63,504 nt of DNA, filler included, from Chiloscyllium plagiosum (GCF_004010195.1; 4 parts of one record of this genome joined end to end with filler, not necessarily neighbours in it), one strand, 5' to 3'. Numbered from the whole stretch's first letter, positions 47,930 to 61,135 are shown. Numbers and translations: made by a program. The notes: generated by a model not told the origin, from the letters alone.

Positions 47930-49570
47930 AAGATTACTGTGGAAAAGGATATGGAAGATAAAGAATGTAGGGAAATAGATGGTGAGACCTTGCAAAATGT
48001 CCATATTACAGAGGAGGAAGTGCTGGATGTCTTGAAATGCATAAAAGGCGCTTAAATCCCCAGGACCTGATCAGGAGTACCCGAGAACTCTGTGGGAAGC
48101 TAGAGAAGTGATTGCTGGGTCTCTTGCTGAGATATTTGTATCATTGATAGTCACAGGTGAGGTGCCGGAAGACTGGAGGTTGGCCAACGTGGTGCCACTG
48201 TTTAAGAAGGATGGTAAGGACAAGGCAGGGAACTATAGACCAGTAAGCCTGACATCGGGGGTGGGCAAGTTGTTGGAGGGAAACCTGAGGGACAGGAATG
48301 ATTAGGGATAGTCAACATGGCTTTGTGCATGGGAAATAATGTCTCACAAACTTGATTGGATTTTTTGAAGAAGTAACAAAGAAGATTGATGAGGGCAGAG
48401 TAGTAGATGTGATCTATATGGATTTCAGTCAGGCGTTCAACAAGTTCCCCATGGGAGACTAGTCAGCAATGTTAGATCTCATGGAATACGGGGAGAACTA
48501 GCCATTTGTATACAGAACTGGCTCAAAGGTAGAAGACAGAGGGTGGTGGTAGAGGGTTATTTTTCAGACTGGAGGCCTGTGACCAGTGTAGTGCCACAAG
48601 GATCGGTGCTGGGCCCTCTACTTTTTGTCATTGACATAAATGATTTGGTTGTGAGCATAAGAGGTACCGTTAGTAAGTTTGCAGATGACACCAAAATTGG
48701 AGGTGTAGTGGACAGCAAAGAAGATTACTTCAGATTACACCAGGATTTGGACCAGGTGGGCCAATGGGCTGAGAAGTGGCAGATGGAGTTTAAGGTGCTG
48801 CATTTTGAGAAAGCAAATCTTAGCAGGACTTATACACCTAATGGTAAGGTCCTAGGAAGTATTGCTAAACAAAGAGATCTTGGAGTGCAGGTTCATAGCT
48901 CCTTGAAAGTGGAGACGCAGGTAGATAGGATAGTGAAGATGATGTTTGGTATGCTTTCTTTTGTTGGTCAGAGTATTGAGTACAGGAGTTAGGAGGTCAT
49001 GTTGCGGCTGTACAGGACATTGGTTAGGCCACTGCTGGAATATTGCGTGCAATTCTGGTCTCCTTCCTATTGGAAAGATGTTATGAAACTTGAAAGGGTT
49101 CAGAAAAGATTTACAAGGATGTTGCCAGGGTTGCGAGGATTTGAGCTATAGGGAGAGGGCTGTTTTCCCTGGACCGTCGGAGCTTGAGGGGTGACCTTAT
49201 AGAGGTTTACAAAATCATGAGGGGCATGGATAGGATAAATAGACAAAGTCTTTTCCCTGGGGTCAGGGAGTCCAGAACTAGAGGGCATAGGTTTAGGGTG
49301 AGAGGTGAAAGGTATAAAAGAGACCTAAAGGGCAACCTTTTCACACAGAGTGTGGTACGTGTATGGAATGAGCTGCCAGAGGATGTGGTGGAGGCTAGTA
49401 CAATTGCAACATTTAAAAGGCATTTGAATGGGTATATGAATAGGAAGGGTTTGGAGGGATATGGGCCGGGTGCTGGCAGGTGGGACTAGATTGGGTTGGG
49501 ATATCTGGTCGGCATGGATGGGTTGGACCGAAGGGTCTGTTTCCATGCTGTACATCTCTATGACTCTATG
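47930..49570 (+). mobile_element. CR1, 5'-truncated, with RT and complete 3' end
   Basis: VPQGSVLGPLLF, KFADDTK and VWNELPE motifs; tail CTCTATGACTCTATG. Confidence 0.92.
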
Positions 49571-50189
49571 TTCGATCTAAAGCTGTGTCCGCTTGAACTT
49601 CATAAATTCAAAAGTAGCATCTGACGTATAAAATTTACTTTTTCTATTAATATATATCTTTAATGGTATTGTTCCAAGACTGGAAAATGGCAATTTTAGT
49701 TTCTTCTAGAAACTATCCGTAAATTTAATTCCAGACTATTTAATGGATTCATTCTCCAAGTATTCTCAGAAAGCTGGAACATCTTGCATCCCAAAATTTA
49801 ATCTTACAGAGTGACACTTACACTTGTCTTCAATAAGTTTAAGCATGAGTTTGACAGGGCATGATCAAGACAGGAGAAAATCATACTACGCAACAGTAGG
49901 CTTTCATATATAAGCCTAGATGATTTTTACATTTTCAATGCATAAACAAAATTTAAAAATTGTACTGCTTTTTATGAAAGCATTTATGAAAGCGATAAAA
50001 ATGTATATTATCCGTAAATATTTCATAGTGCCAGTGATATCACTGTCTGATGTTTCAATTCTTTCTAAAGCTTAATGACATGGAGCCAAAAGAGAAAAGG
50101 GATCAAACTAGACTCCTTTAGGTAGAAAAATCCTTCAATCTTCATAATAAAACTGGATAATAATACATAGATATGTGTGTTTCTACCAT

Positions 50190-50525
50190 TTATAGAATCA
50201 TTGAATTCTGACAATGTGGCCCAACAAGTCCAACTGGCCCTCCGAAGGCTAACCACCCAGACCCATTCCCCTATCCTGTTACTCTACATTTATGCCTGAC
50301 TAATGAACCGAACCTACACATCCCTGAACACTATGGGCAACTTAGCATGGCCAATTCACCTAATCTGCACATCTTTGGATTGTGGGAGAAAATTGGCACA
50401 CCCGGAGGAAACCCATGCACACTGGGAAAATGTGCATACTCCACACAGTCACTCGAGGTTGGAATCAAACCTGGGTCCTTTGCACTGTGAAGCAACATTG
50501 CTAACCACTGAGCCATCATGCCATA
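50190..50525 (-). mobile_element. V-SINE (HE1-like), diverged
   Basis: TGGCTCAGTGGTTAGC head and GTTAGGTGAATTGGCCATGCTAA-like body. Confidence 0.8.
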
Positions 50526-51269
50526 GATCAATGATCATAAACAATTTACGTGTGTGCATATGTGTCCGTGTGCTCCCACCATTTAGATCAAGGATAAGGG
50601 ATTATCCTATTCAGAGAACTAAACTTTACTGGAAAAGCAGAGTTAAGAAGTGCCAGCTTTGTAAAACAAGAATTTGCATTGATGAAGATTGACAAGATAT
50701 GTATGAATCACACCATAGCAGCAGATATTTCAGTCACCTGTCTGATTCCATTCATTTTTACATGCATTCTAATTTTACATGCAATCATCATTTCAGACCA
50801 GTGTTAACATTGACAGTTTCAAGGCCTAGTGCAGGATGCAAACACATCTAGCAGATAGTTCAGATTAAACTTTACAATCCTGACAATCTATTTGGATAGA
50901 CATGAACAATTGTTTGGTGCAACAATTCCATTCAAAGAAAAGTGGAGTTATCTTGGTCCTAACAATTTTCCCCAAGCAATACTACTGAATCAAGCACAGC
51001 AATCATTTATTTCTTTGGATTTTGGAATCTTGCTGTGTTCAGATAGTTATGTAAACAAGCATTGCAGCCAAAAACCCTTCAAAATAATTAATGCATTTGA
51101 CCTGTTTTATAATGTCCCAAGGATGTGAAATATTTTATATCAATGTCTAATTATTTTAAAATTAAAAATACCTAGCACGGTGTAAATGCAATTCATTTTT
51201 GGCAACCAGAAGGGTTTTCCACATTCAAGAAGCTTGACACTATCTGAGAACAAGTGGTTTAATTGGCAC

Positions 51270-51820
51270 CACATCCACAAACATCCACTCCCTCCATCAC
51301 TGTTGCTCATTGGTAGCAATGTGTACTTTTAGTAAGATGCACTGCAGATGTTCACCATAGATCCTTAGACAGTAGCTTTCAAACCTACAAACATTTTCAC
51401 CCAGAAGGACATGAGAATCAACTACAATGATTGATTGATTTATTGTCACCTGTACTGAAGTACAGTGAAAAGCTTTGTTTACGATTAGTACAGGCAGATC
51501 ATGGGAAGCAAGGATGTTCAAATCAAAAAGTTATAGACAGAAGCATACAAGTCATATTGCACAGGGTAAGTGCTCAGAGAGATCAATGTTACAACATCAG
51601 CATTATTTGAGGATATTTGCAAGTTTCCTCCAAGTTACTCGCCATCCTGACTTTGAAATGTCTCACCATTCCTTCACTGCCGCTGGCATTTCCCTCATAA
51701 TATTATGGGCTACCTACAGCACAGTAACTGCACAGTTCAGGAAGGTAGCTGACAACCACCTTCTCAGATGGACAACAGGTGCTGGCCAGCCAGCAATGCC
51801 TATGCCCCACAAGTGATTAA
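51270..51820 (+). mobile_element. Old LINE 3' end, interrupted; related copy at ~46255-46500
   Basis: Shared AGC..TGTAC..TAAGATGCACTGCAG and CACCATTCCTTC blocks. Confidence 0.5.
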
Positions 51821-53039
51821 ATAAAATGAAAAACAAGGCCAAGTTAAGGATGTTTTGGTGATCTAGCACATCCCTCTTTTCCTTAAGCGATATACAGTCT
51901 TTTTGTTTCAAACAATTAATCCTTTCTTTGGTGTTCTTGTTTTGATGTCATCTTGGAGACTAACATTGAAACATACAAATAAAGGGCTACAACCACTTGG
52001 TAGAAATAAAACAAGTTCACAATTTCAATTTAAAATTTTAGTCAAGACATTTGGATATTGATGAGGATGCTACAACTGCTTTGAGGTTTTTTTTCTGGAA
52101 AAGGCAGCGGAACAAAGAAAAATAATTGTCCTGAGCTCTTTCCCTAAATTATTATTAATTGTCCATACAGCAAGTATGTACATAAATACAGACAGATCAA
52201 GTCCATCCTTGTTACCACGCAATTGAATAGAAGGGGTCATTGGTATTTTCCAGGCTCATTCTAATGAAGACCCATTTGACAAGGTTACAGACATCTCCAG
52301 AGAAGTAGCCCAGTCTCAGTAGATAACTTTAAAAATCAAAATTAGGAATTACTAGAGACCATAAGACACCAATAGGAACTGGAAATGCTCATTCACCTCA
52401 GAATTAGGAAAATGTTGGTTGTTTAACATATCTGTGTGGGCTGAGTTTTCTACTAAAAAACAGATTTTCCAAATAATTTTGTACATTTGACATTTAAATT
52501 CATAATGTTTAAGTAAACATGTTATGTATGTGTGTGGTACATCCTCTGACCAAGTGTGATGTACTCAGGGGAAGAACCTGCATGTGGAGTATTTTAACAT
52601 GAGACTGTTGCACTACAGCTGCTACATGATTGCAGATGACCACAAAATTCTCCCATTCATATGATCTACCATAGGTGTTTCGGAAGGATTTACAGATTGA
52701 TCATCATGGCCATGAAATCTACAAGTGGAATTTGTACTACAAGGTTATGTTGTTTTGTAGAAATTAATCCAAGCATAGAGCAAAACTTTTGTAAAATATT
52801 GTAAGAGCCAAGAAATCTTTTGTACTGCCCTCACTGTTGTGGATGTCCAAATGAATTTCAATAATGGCAGCCTACACTTGTTTTTTTTAATATTTATTCA
52901 TTCGTGTGGCATGAGCATCACTGCCTGTCCAGCATTTATTACCTGTCCCTAGTTGCCCTTGAGAAGGTGTTGCTGATCTGCCTTTTTGAACCACTGCAGT
53001 CCATGTGCTGTAGGTTGGTCTTCACTGCCACTTGGGAGG

Positions 53040-53571
53040 ATTTGACTCAGGAGAAAGTGAGGTCTGCAGATGCTGGAGATCAAAGTTGAACAGCACAGCA
53101 CAGCAGATCAGGCAGCATCCAGGGAACAGGAGATTCGACGTTTCGGGCACAGGCCCTTCTTCAGGAATGAGCAGAGAGTGTTCAGCAGGAGAAGATAAAA
53201 GGTAGGGAGGAGGGACTTGGAGGAGGGGCGTTGGAAATGTGATAGGTGGAAAGAGGTCAAGGTGAGGGTGATAGGTCGGAGTAGGATGGAGGCGGAGAGG
53301 TCAACAGTCTCGGACTCCTCCCTCCCCTTCCTAGACCTTTCTGTTTCTATCTCAGGCGACCGAATCAACACGGACATCTACTACAAACCAACCGACTCCC
53401 ACAGCTACCTGGACTACACCTCCCATCCTGCCCCCTGTAAAAACGCCAACCCATTCTCCCAATTCCTTCGACTCCGCCGCATCTGCTCCCAGAAGGACCA
53501 GTTCAAAATACGTACAACACAGATGGCCTCCTTCTTCAAGGACCGCAATTTCCCCCCCGACATGGTCGACG
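53040..53571. mobile_element. Young Penelope-like element: inverted pLTR followed by plus-strand RT, cut by a gap
   Basis: SLPFLDLSVSISGDRINTDIYYKPTDSHSYLDY and FSQFLRLRRICS from ~53305. CpG-rich. 53040-53300 is the pLTR in reverse orientation. Confidence 0.88.
53133..53168 (-). ncRNA. Minimal type I hammerhead ribozyme motif with intact core
   Basis: AUUC-CUGAAGA-A-GGGC-CUGU-GCCC-GAAA-CG-UC-GAAU. Stem I AUUC/GAAU, stem II GGGC/GCCC, palindromic ACGU stem III. Confidence 0.8.
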
Positions 53572-53671
53572 NNNNNNNNNNNNNNNNNNNNNNNNNNNNN
53601 NNNNNNNNNNNNNNNTTAATTAATTAANNNNNNNNNNNNNNNNNNNNNNNNNNNNNNNNNNNNNNNNNNNN
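53572..53671. other. Artificial contig linker
   Basis: N-run with TTAATTAATTAA. Confidence 0.95.
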
Positions 53672-55945
53672 CCTTCTTATAATGTGGTGACCAGAACTGT
53701 ACACAATACTCCAAGTGTGGCCATACCAGAGCTTTGTACAGCTGCAGCATAACCTTCTGGTTCCGGAACTCAATCCCTCTAATAATAAAGGCCAAAACAC
53801 TGTATGCCTTCTTAACAACCCTGTCAATTTGGGTGGCAACTTTTAGGGATCTGTGTACATGGACACCGAGATCTCTCTGCTCATCTGCACTCCCAAGAAT
53901 CTTACCATTAGCCCAGTACTTTGCATTCCGGTTACTCCGACCAAAATATATCACCTCACACTTGTCCACATTAAACTCCATTTGCCACCTCTCAGCCCAG
54001 CTCTGCATCCTATCTATGTCTCTCTGCAACCTACTACGTCCTTTGTCACTTTCCACAACTCCACCGACCTTAGTGTCGTCCGCAAATTTACTAACCCACC
54101 CTTCTAAGCCCTCATCCAGGTCATTTATAAAAATGACAAACAGCAGTGGACCCAAAACCGACCCTTGCGGTACACCACTAGTAACTGGACACCAAGATGA
54201 ACATGTTCCATTAGCTACAACCCTCTGTTTTCTTTCAGCAAGCCAATTATTGATCCAAACTGCTATGTCGCCCACAATCCCATTCCTCCGCATTTTCTAT
54301 AATAGCCTACTGTGGGGAACCTTATCGAACGCCTTGCTGGAATCCATATACACCACATCAACCAGTTTACTCTCATCTAACTGTTTGGTTACTTTGTCAA
54401 AAAAGTCAATAAGATTCGTTAGGCATGACCTACCCTTCACAAAACTGTGCTGACTGTCCCTGATCATATTATTCTTTTCTAGATGGTTATAAATCCTATC
54501 TCTTATAATCTTTTCCAACACTTTACCAACAACTGAAGTGAGACTCATTGGTCTGTAATTACCAGGGTTGTCTCTACCTCCCTTTTTGAACAAGGGAACC
54601 ACATTTGCTATCCTCCAGTCCTCAGGCACTATTCCTCTAGATATGATGATTTGAAGATCAATGCCAAAGGCTCGGCAATCTCTTCCCTTGCTTCCCAGAG
54701 GATCCTAGGATAGATCCCATCCGGCTCAGGGGACTTGTGTATTTTCACACTCTGCAGTATTTATAATACCTCTTCCTTGTGAACCTCAATCTCTTCTAGT
54801 CTAGATGCAAGTGTCCCTGTGTCTTCCTCGCCAACATTTTCATTTTCTATAGTGAACACTGTCGAAAAATATTTATTCAGTGCTTCCCCTATCTCCTCTG
54901 ACTCCACACACAACTTCCCACTATTATCCTTGATTGGCCCTAATTTAACTCTCGTCATTCTTTTATTCCTGACATACCTGGGCGGCATGGTGGCACAGTG
55001 GTTAGCACTGCTGCCTCACAGCGCCAGAGACCCGGGTTCAATTCTCGCCTCTGGCGACTGACTGTCTGGAGTTTGCACATTCTCCCCGTGTCTGCGTGGG
55101 TTTCCTCCAGGTGCTCCAGTTTCCTCCCACAGTCCAAAGATGCTAAATTGCCCGTAGTGTTAGGTGAAGGGGTAAATGTAGGGGTATGGGTGGGTTGCGG
55201 GTTGGTGTGGACTTGTTGGGCCGAAGGGTCTGTTTCCACACTGTACGTAATCTAATCTAATCAAACCTATGGAAAGCCTTAGGGTTAACCCGGATCCTAT
55301 CCGCCAACAACTTCTCATGTCCCCTCCTGGCTCTCTTTTTAGGTCTTTCCTAACTTCCTTGTAACCCTCAAGTGCCCTAACTAAGCTTTCACATTTTGTC
55401 CTAACATAAGCCTTCTTCTTCTTCTTGACCAGGGATTCCACTTCCTTAGTAAACCACGGCTCACGCGTTCTATATATTCCTCCCTGCCTGACAGGTACAT
55501 ACTTATCTAGGACACACAGGAGCCTTTCCTTGAATAAGCTCCACATTTTTAATGTGCTCATCCCCTGCTGTTTCTTTCCCCATTCTACGCTTCCTAAATC
55601 TTTCCTAATTGCATCGTAATTTCCCTTCCCCCAGCTATAACTCTTGCTCGGTGGAGTACACCTATCCCTTTCCATCGCTAAAGTAAACCTGACAGAATTG
55701 TGATCACTGTCTCCAAAATGCTCACCTACTTCCAAATCTAACACCTGGCCAGGCTCATTACCCAGTACTAAATCTAAAGTGGCTTCGCCCCTTGTTGGCC
55801 TGTCTACATACTGTGTCAGGAAGCCCTCCTGCACACACTGGACAAAAACTGACCCATCTATAGTACTCGTACTGTAGTGATCCCAGTCAATATTTGGATA
55901 GTTGAAGTCCCCCATGACAACTACCCTGCCTCTCTCACTCCTATC
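53672..55945 (-). mobile_element. Young CR1 ORF2 (endonuclease to RT) with a nested SINE
   Basis: ORFs 55160..55915, 54297..54629 and 53616..54293 carry MGDFNYP, NYRPMSL, VPQGSVLGP and FADDTK. Confidence 0.93.
54980..55263 (+). mobile_element. V-SINE (HE1-like) inside CR1
   Basis: GGGCGGCATGGTGGCACAGTGG head and TAATCTAATCTAATC tail; short flanking ACCT repeat. Confidence 0.9.
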
Positions 55946-55989
55946 TTTGAGTAATTAAATATTACTTGATTTTGAAAGCAATCTAAGGA

Positions 55990-56720
55990 TTTGATTAAAG
56001 GAGGAAGACATGCCAGGAGAGCTCAAGGTTGTGGTGTGCTCTTCTTGTTCCCTGCGGAAAGTTGGGCAATACCCAGGATTATAATATGTGCAAATGGCGT
56101 CTCCCAGGAGATCTTGTTTTCAAAGTGAAGTATTAGCTGGTAACACTGTTGAGTATCCACAAGACTGAGAGTCTTGTGAATAACATGCACAGTGAAGTGG
56201 TCACTCTACAGACTAAGTCTGCACAGGCAAATAGGGAACAGATGACCACCAGATAGAGTAAGAGGACCAGGCAATTAATGCAGGAGTACCATGTAGACAT
56301 ACCCTTGCAAAATAGCAATATTGCTTTGGATATGATTGAAGGGGATGACTGTCAGAGGAAAGTAGCAATAACCTAATTTGTTGCACCACAGCTGGCTCAG
56401 CTGCATGGAAGAGGAAATATAAATGTGGGAATGATGTTGTATTTTATGTAGTGGTCGATTGTAAGGGAAATAGACAGACATTTCTGTGGCTATAAATGAG
56501 ACACCGGGAGTGATATGTTTCCTCCTGGGTGTTAGGGTCAAAGATGCCTCTGAGCGGCTACAGGACATTCTGGATTGGGAGGGTAAACAGTCATTTATCA
56601 TGATTCACTTTAGTACCAACGACATAGGTAATAAAAGGAGATGAGATCGTAAAAGCAGGATACAGGGAGTTAGAATGAAAACGATAAAACATATCTCAAA
56701 GGTAGTCAGAGTAGAAATAG
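55990..56720 (+). mobile_element. CR1 ORF1 (zinc finger plus SGNH esterase), decayed
   Basis: VVVCSSCS, SIVREIDRHFCG, GVRVKDASERL and STNDIG motifs. Confidence 0.7.
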
Positions 56721-56839
56721 CAGGATTTATCAGATGAATACATGGAATCTAATAAATCTAATAAGTGGCCCAAATCAATTCTAATTCTATGATAGTTTGT
56801 ATGTTAGATGGTGGTCTGCTGCTCCAAATATCTAACAGA

Positions 56840-58185
56840 AGTGGTCACGCTCTAAGACAAAAAGATTCCTCATCTCTATCTTAAATGAGCGACCCTTGAG
56901 GGCAACTTATGACTCCAATTCTAGATTCTCCAACTAGAGGAAACATCTTTTCCACTTACACCTGGTCAAGTTCCCTCAGGGTGCTGTGTGCTTCAATAAA
57001 GTTATCTCTGTCCCTTTTAAGTTCCACAGGATGCAGGCCTAGCCTGCCTAGACGTTCCTCCTAATGCAGTTTGCTCATTTCAAGTATTAGTCTAGTAAAC
57101 TACTTGACTTTCAACACATTGACGTAAGTACAGTGACCAGGAATGCACACAGCAATCCATACGTGATCTTACCAACATTTTGTATAACTGAAATACAACC
57201 TTCCTATTCTTGCATTCAGTTCCACTCAGAATAAAACGTGACACTCTATTCGCATCCCTGATTATTTGCTTTACCAATACATTAACCCTCTAGAATTTAT
57301 ACACTCACATGCGCATATTTCTCTGCATCACAGAACTCCATTACCTCACCATTTAGCTAATATGTTTCTTTATTATTCATATGCACCCATGGCTTGAAGA
57401 ATGGCAGACGGCGTTTAATTTCAATAAATGTGAGGAATTGCATTTTAATAAAGAAAACCAGGACAGGACTTCTCCAGTTCATAAGTTTCCAAACTGAGAG
57501 ATCCAGGGGTGTAGGTGCAGAGTTCCTTGAAATTGGAGTTGCAGGTAGACAGAGTGGGGTGTAGAAGATTTTGGCTTGCTTACCTTCATTGTTCAGAACA
57601 TTGAGTTTCAGATTTGGGATGAAAGGTTGCAACTGTACAGGACATTAATAAGGTCACTTTTAGAATACTGTGTACAATTCTGGTTGCCCTTCTATGGGAA
57701 AGATATTGTTAAACTCACGAGGTTGCAAAAATGTTGACAAGGACATTGCCGCAACTAGAGGTTTGAGTTATCAGGATAGGCTAAAGAAGCTGGGACGATT
57801 TTCCCTGGAGCACTGGAGATTTAGGGGTGACACAGAGGTGTATAAAATCATGAGGGCCATAGATAGGTTGAATAGTCAAGGCTTTTTCTTCCGAGAGTGG
57901 GTGAGTCCAAAAGTAGAGGTTCATGTTTTGGGTTTGAAGGGATAGATTTAAACCAGACCTGTGGGCTAACTTTTTCATGCATCCAGCTATAGAACGAGCT
58001 GCCGGAGGAAGTAGTGAAGGCAAGCACAATTACAAAATTTAGAAGGCGTCTGAAAGGATATATGAGTTGAGGGATGTTGGCCAAATGCTGGCAAATGGAA
58101 CCTAGTCAGATTGAAACATCTGGTCAATATGGACAAATTGGGCCAAAGAATCTGTTTCCATAATGTATGGCTCCATAACTCAATG
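56840..58185. mobile_element. Old CR1 3' fragments (minus to ~57380, plus from ~57400)
   Basis: FQLYKMLVR (minus) and LSYQDRLKKLG (plus). Confidence 0.7.
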
Positions 58186-58256
58186 ATTTGAAGACGTGTG
58201 GTATCGCTTCCTTGTTTTGATACTCTATGGCCTCTACATATAAAAATGAAGGATAC

Positions 58257-58454
58257 GGGGGGATCCAAGATGGCGGCGACCCAGCAAGTCTGAGTCTACA
58301 GTGCTCCTCCCAAGACTTGGGTGAAGTGGGTCACCCACCCCCACCACACTCACCAAATCATTTATAATAGTTGTTTAATTTAATTAGTTGTTTAATATTA
58401 AACTTAAACAATCTAATCTGTAGTTAAAATGACTAAAGGGAAGGGAGCCCGCAG
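58257..58454 (+). mobile_element. 5' end of an L1-like element (5'UTR and ORF1 start)
   Basis: GGGGGGATCCAAGATGGCGGC start (YY1-type CAAGATGGCG). ATG at 58429 reads MTKGKGAR into the gap. Confidence 0.65.
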
Positions 58455-58554
58455 NNNNNNNNNNNNNNNNNNNNNNNNNNNNNNNNNNNNNNNNNNNNTT
58501 AATTAATTAANNNNNNNNNNNNNNNNNNNNNNNNNNNNNNNNNNNNNNNNNNNN
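58455..58554. other. Artificial contig linker
   Basis: N-run with TTAATTAATTAA. Confidence 0.95.

Positions 58555-58593
<39 letters not shown>
58555..58593 (+). repeat. (TC)n microsatellite
   Basis: Directly visible. Confidence 0.95.
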
Positions 58594-58595
<2 letters not shown>

Positions 58596-59939
58596 GGTGG
58601 AAACCTGATTCCTGAACTGGCTGAATTATTTATTTAGCCAGCTTGTTAACTGGTATTGCTTTAGTGAGGACTGATTGTTAAACTCCTGGTGCACACAATG
58701 TGTTTCAGGTGTAACTCAGTTCTCATTAGGGGATTGTTGTTTCACTGGCTGGCTACAGCCTGTGTGTTATTCTATCCTTTTTTCAAAAGTAAAAAGAGAA
58801 ATGTGGATTTTATGGTAGGGCTTAGCCCTTGGACTCTAGTTTTTTTTTGGATGTATCCTCCCTGTTTTTGGTGTTTGGACTGAGCCCTTGTGAAAGACAT
58901 ACACTTTACCAGAGGAGCTGTTCCTGTGGGGAGGCCTAGCCCTGGAACTGGGTCTCTAAAGATTGAACACCTGTGTGTGTGCTGGGATGTGAGCACTTGC
59001 TGTATCCTGGAATTTGGGAGAAGACTTTGCCTTCAGGAATGGACCAAAAACCTTTGAGAGTTAACTGCACCTTTTTTAAAATGTACTGTGTTGGCCCTGG
59101 CTCTCCAAGAATGTGCCAGGACTCCATGGAGACTGAATACCTGTGCATTGTGGGATGCTTTTAGTAGTGGACTCCACTTCTGACAATGCATGTCGTAAAC
59201 TGGAGTGGACTCATCCTGAGAATGGACTATTTTTTTTGAGGACTCTGTCTGTACCAGAAAGGACTTTGTTTTTTTTTATTATATAATTAACTGTGTAATG
59301 TTTGTTGGGTTTATCACTTGCACTGTCTTGTGTGTCCCTGGGTCTGGCAGGCCTTATTGTGAGCTGGGAGGCTCGAGTCATCCTGAAAGCTGTCACCCCA
59401 AGGGCCGGAGGGTGGGTAGGCCATCCTGTGATCCTGAAGGTTGGTAGGGTGGGTAGGCAGTTCTGAGCGCTGTCATCCCCAGAAGGGTAATCAGGACAGG
59501 CTGTCCTAGAGGTGGTCGGAAGGTGTCAGGGCTGCTGAGAGCCAGAAGGTGCGTAGGAGCAGGCTGAGATTGGAAGACTTGCGGGCTGCACTGCACGCTG
59601 TCATCCCTGGGGAAAGGGATGGGCTGCCTTAGAGTGGCCAGAAGGTGGGAGGGAAGGGGGCTTGCTGGGTCTGTATTGTATGCACTTTTTTATGTAATTG
59701 GATTGTCTTTTTATGTAGAAATGTCATTGTTGCTATCTTGTAATGTTTGAAACTGGGATTTGATGTTTGTCTTCACTTCCCTGTAAACTGGTTGAACGGT
59801 CGGGTTTGAGGGCTTGGCTTTGCTGCTCCTTTCCCTTGTAAAATTGCTGTCTCTCGTGTACAGCTGTAAATGTTAACTTTTTGTGAAGTGTTTTGTAATT
59901 GTTCAATAAAATTTTTTTAAAAATACAGGAGTTTCAGAA

Positions 59940-61063
59940 AGTTTCCTCATTCTGCGGACTGACTATGACCTGGCTGCAGAGCCCATGGAAAGCTGCAAGC
60001 ATCATTTACCATACACAGACTCCTGGAAGTATTGGTAATGGACAATAGGATGTCATTTACTAGGATGGAATTTGAGCATTTCTCAAAGTTGAATGATATT
60101 TTGCATGTTCGGACAGGTCCAGACCATCTGTCATCCAATGGTCTGGTGGAAGGAGTGGTACAAATATTGAAGGAGACTTAAAGAAATAGCCTATAGCTTC
60201 ACTCGATACCAGTTCCACTTCCTGTTTGATTATAGGACCGTCCCTCATGCAACTACAGGGGTAGCTCCAGTTGCTGATGGGGGAGAAGACTCCACGTCAG
60301 ATTAAGTCTAATATTCCTGGGCCTTGGAAGGGCAAGGGGGATAAAAGATAGCAGGGACACCAATGCTGACTGCATGCCTCCTCTAAACAATGGAGTTAAA
60401 AATCACAAGACCAGGTTATAGTCCAACAGGTTTAATTGGAAGCACACCAGCTTTCGGAGCGATGCTCCAATCACCTGATGGAGCGTCGCTCCGAAAGCTA
60501 GTGTGCTTCCAATTAAACCTGTTGGACTATAACCTGGTCTTGTGATTTTTAACTTTGTACACCCCAGTCCAACACTGGCATCTCCAAATCATGACTAAAC
60601 AATGGAGAGAGTTTACTTGAACATGTTTTGTCAAAACCACGGAAATGGCTCTGTAAGACTGAGGTGAGGTCAATACAAAGTCAAGTTCCATGCCATACAA
60701 AGTTTGGTGGTCCTGAAGAAACATGTGGATCACCTGAAAAGCTGGTACAGTGCAATCTTGGCAGAAGCCAAGCATACCTGACCCTCCAAATGGCCAGAAA
60801 GGCTGTCCAAAACCATGGATTCTCTCCCTCCTGTCTAACATTGAAGAAAATTCAGAGTTGAGGTGGATGCAGCATCAATACTGTTTCCACCTGAAGAAGA
60901 GGAAGCTCTTCCAAGATGATCTGGGTGCAGGAAACTGGCTGCACTCCAGTATAAGTCACCTGTATGTGAATCAAAGTCAGAGGAACTAGACCTTGGGTGA
61001 AAATGTCCAGCAGAAACTACGAGAAGGAAAGAGCCTACATCTGACAACTTAGGTGGGGATGGA
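59940..61063 (+). mobile_element. Degraded Gypsy integrase region and PPT
   Basis: SSNGLVEGVVQILK and FDYRTVPHATTGVAP motifs, colinear with 1080-1890. Purine-rich GGTGGGGATGGA lies just before the LTR. Confidence 0.8.
60396..60594. mobile_element. Penelope-like palindromic mini insertion with 13-bp TSD
   Basis: ~74 bp inverted arms (60395-60468 and 60480-60553). CTAAACAATGGAG at 60383-60395 and 60595-60607. Confidence 0.85.
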
Positions 61064-61135
61064 TGTAGTGATTGGAACAAGGGCCAAATGGATCTTATTA
61101 ACTGAGATTTTTAATTAGGGTTTTTTTAACCTCTT
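61064..61135 (+). mobile_element. Gypsy LTR start, truncated
   Basis: TGTAGTGATTGGAAC after the PPT; resembles the LTR piece at 18700. Confidence 0.65.

Noticed and set aside
53734..54453. 239-aa plus-strand ORF
   Set aside because: Antisense shadow of the CR1 RT.
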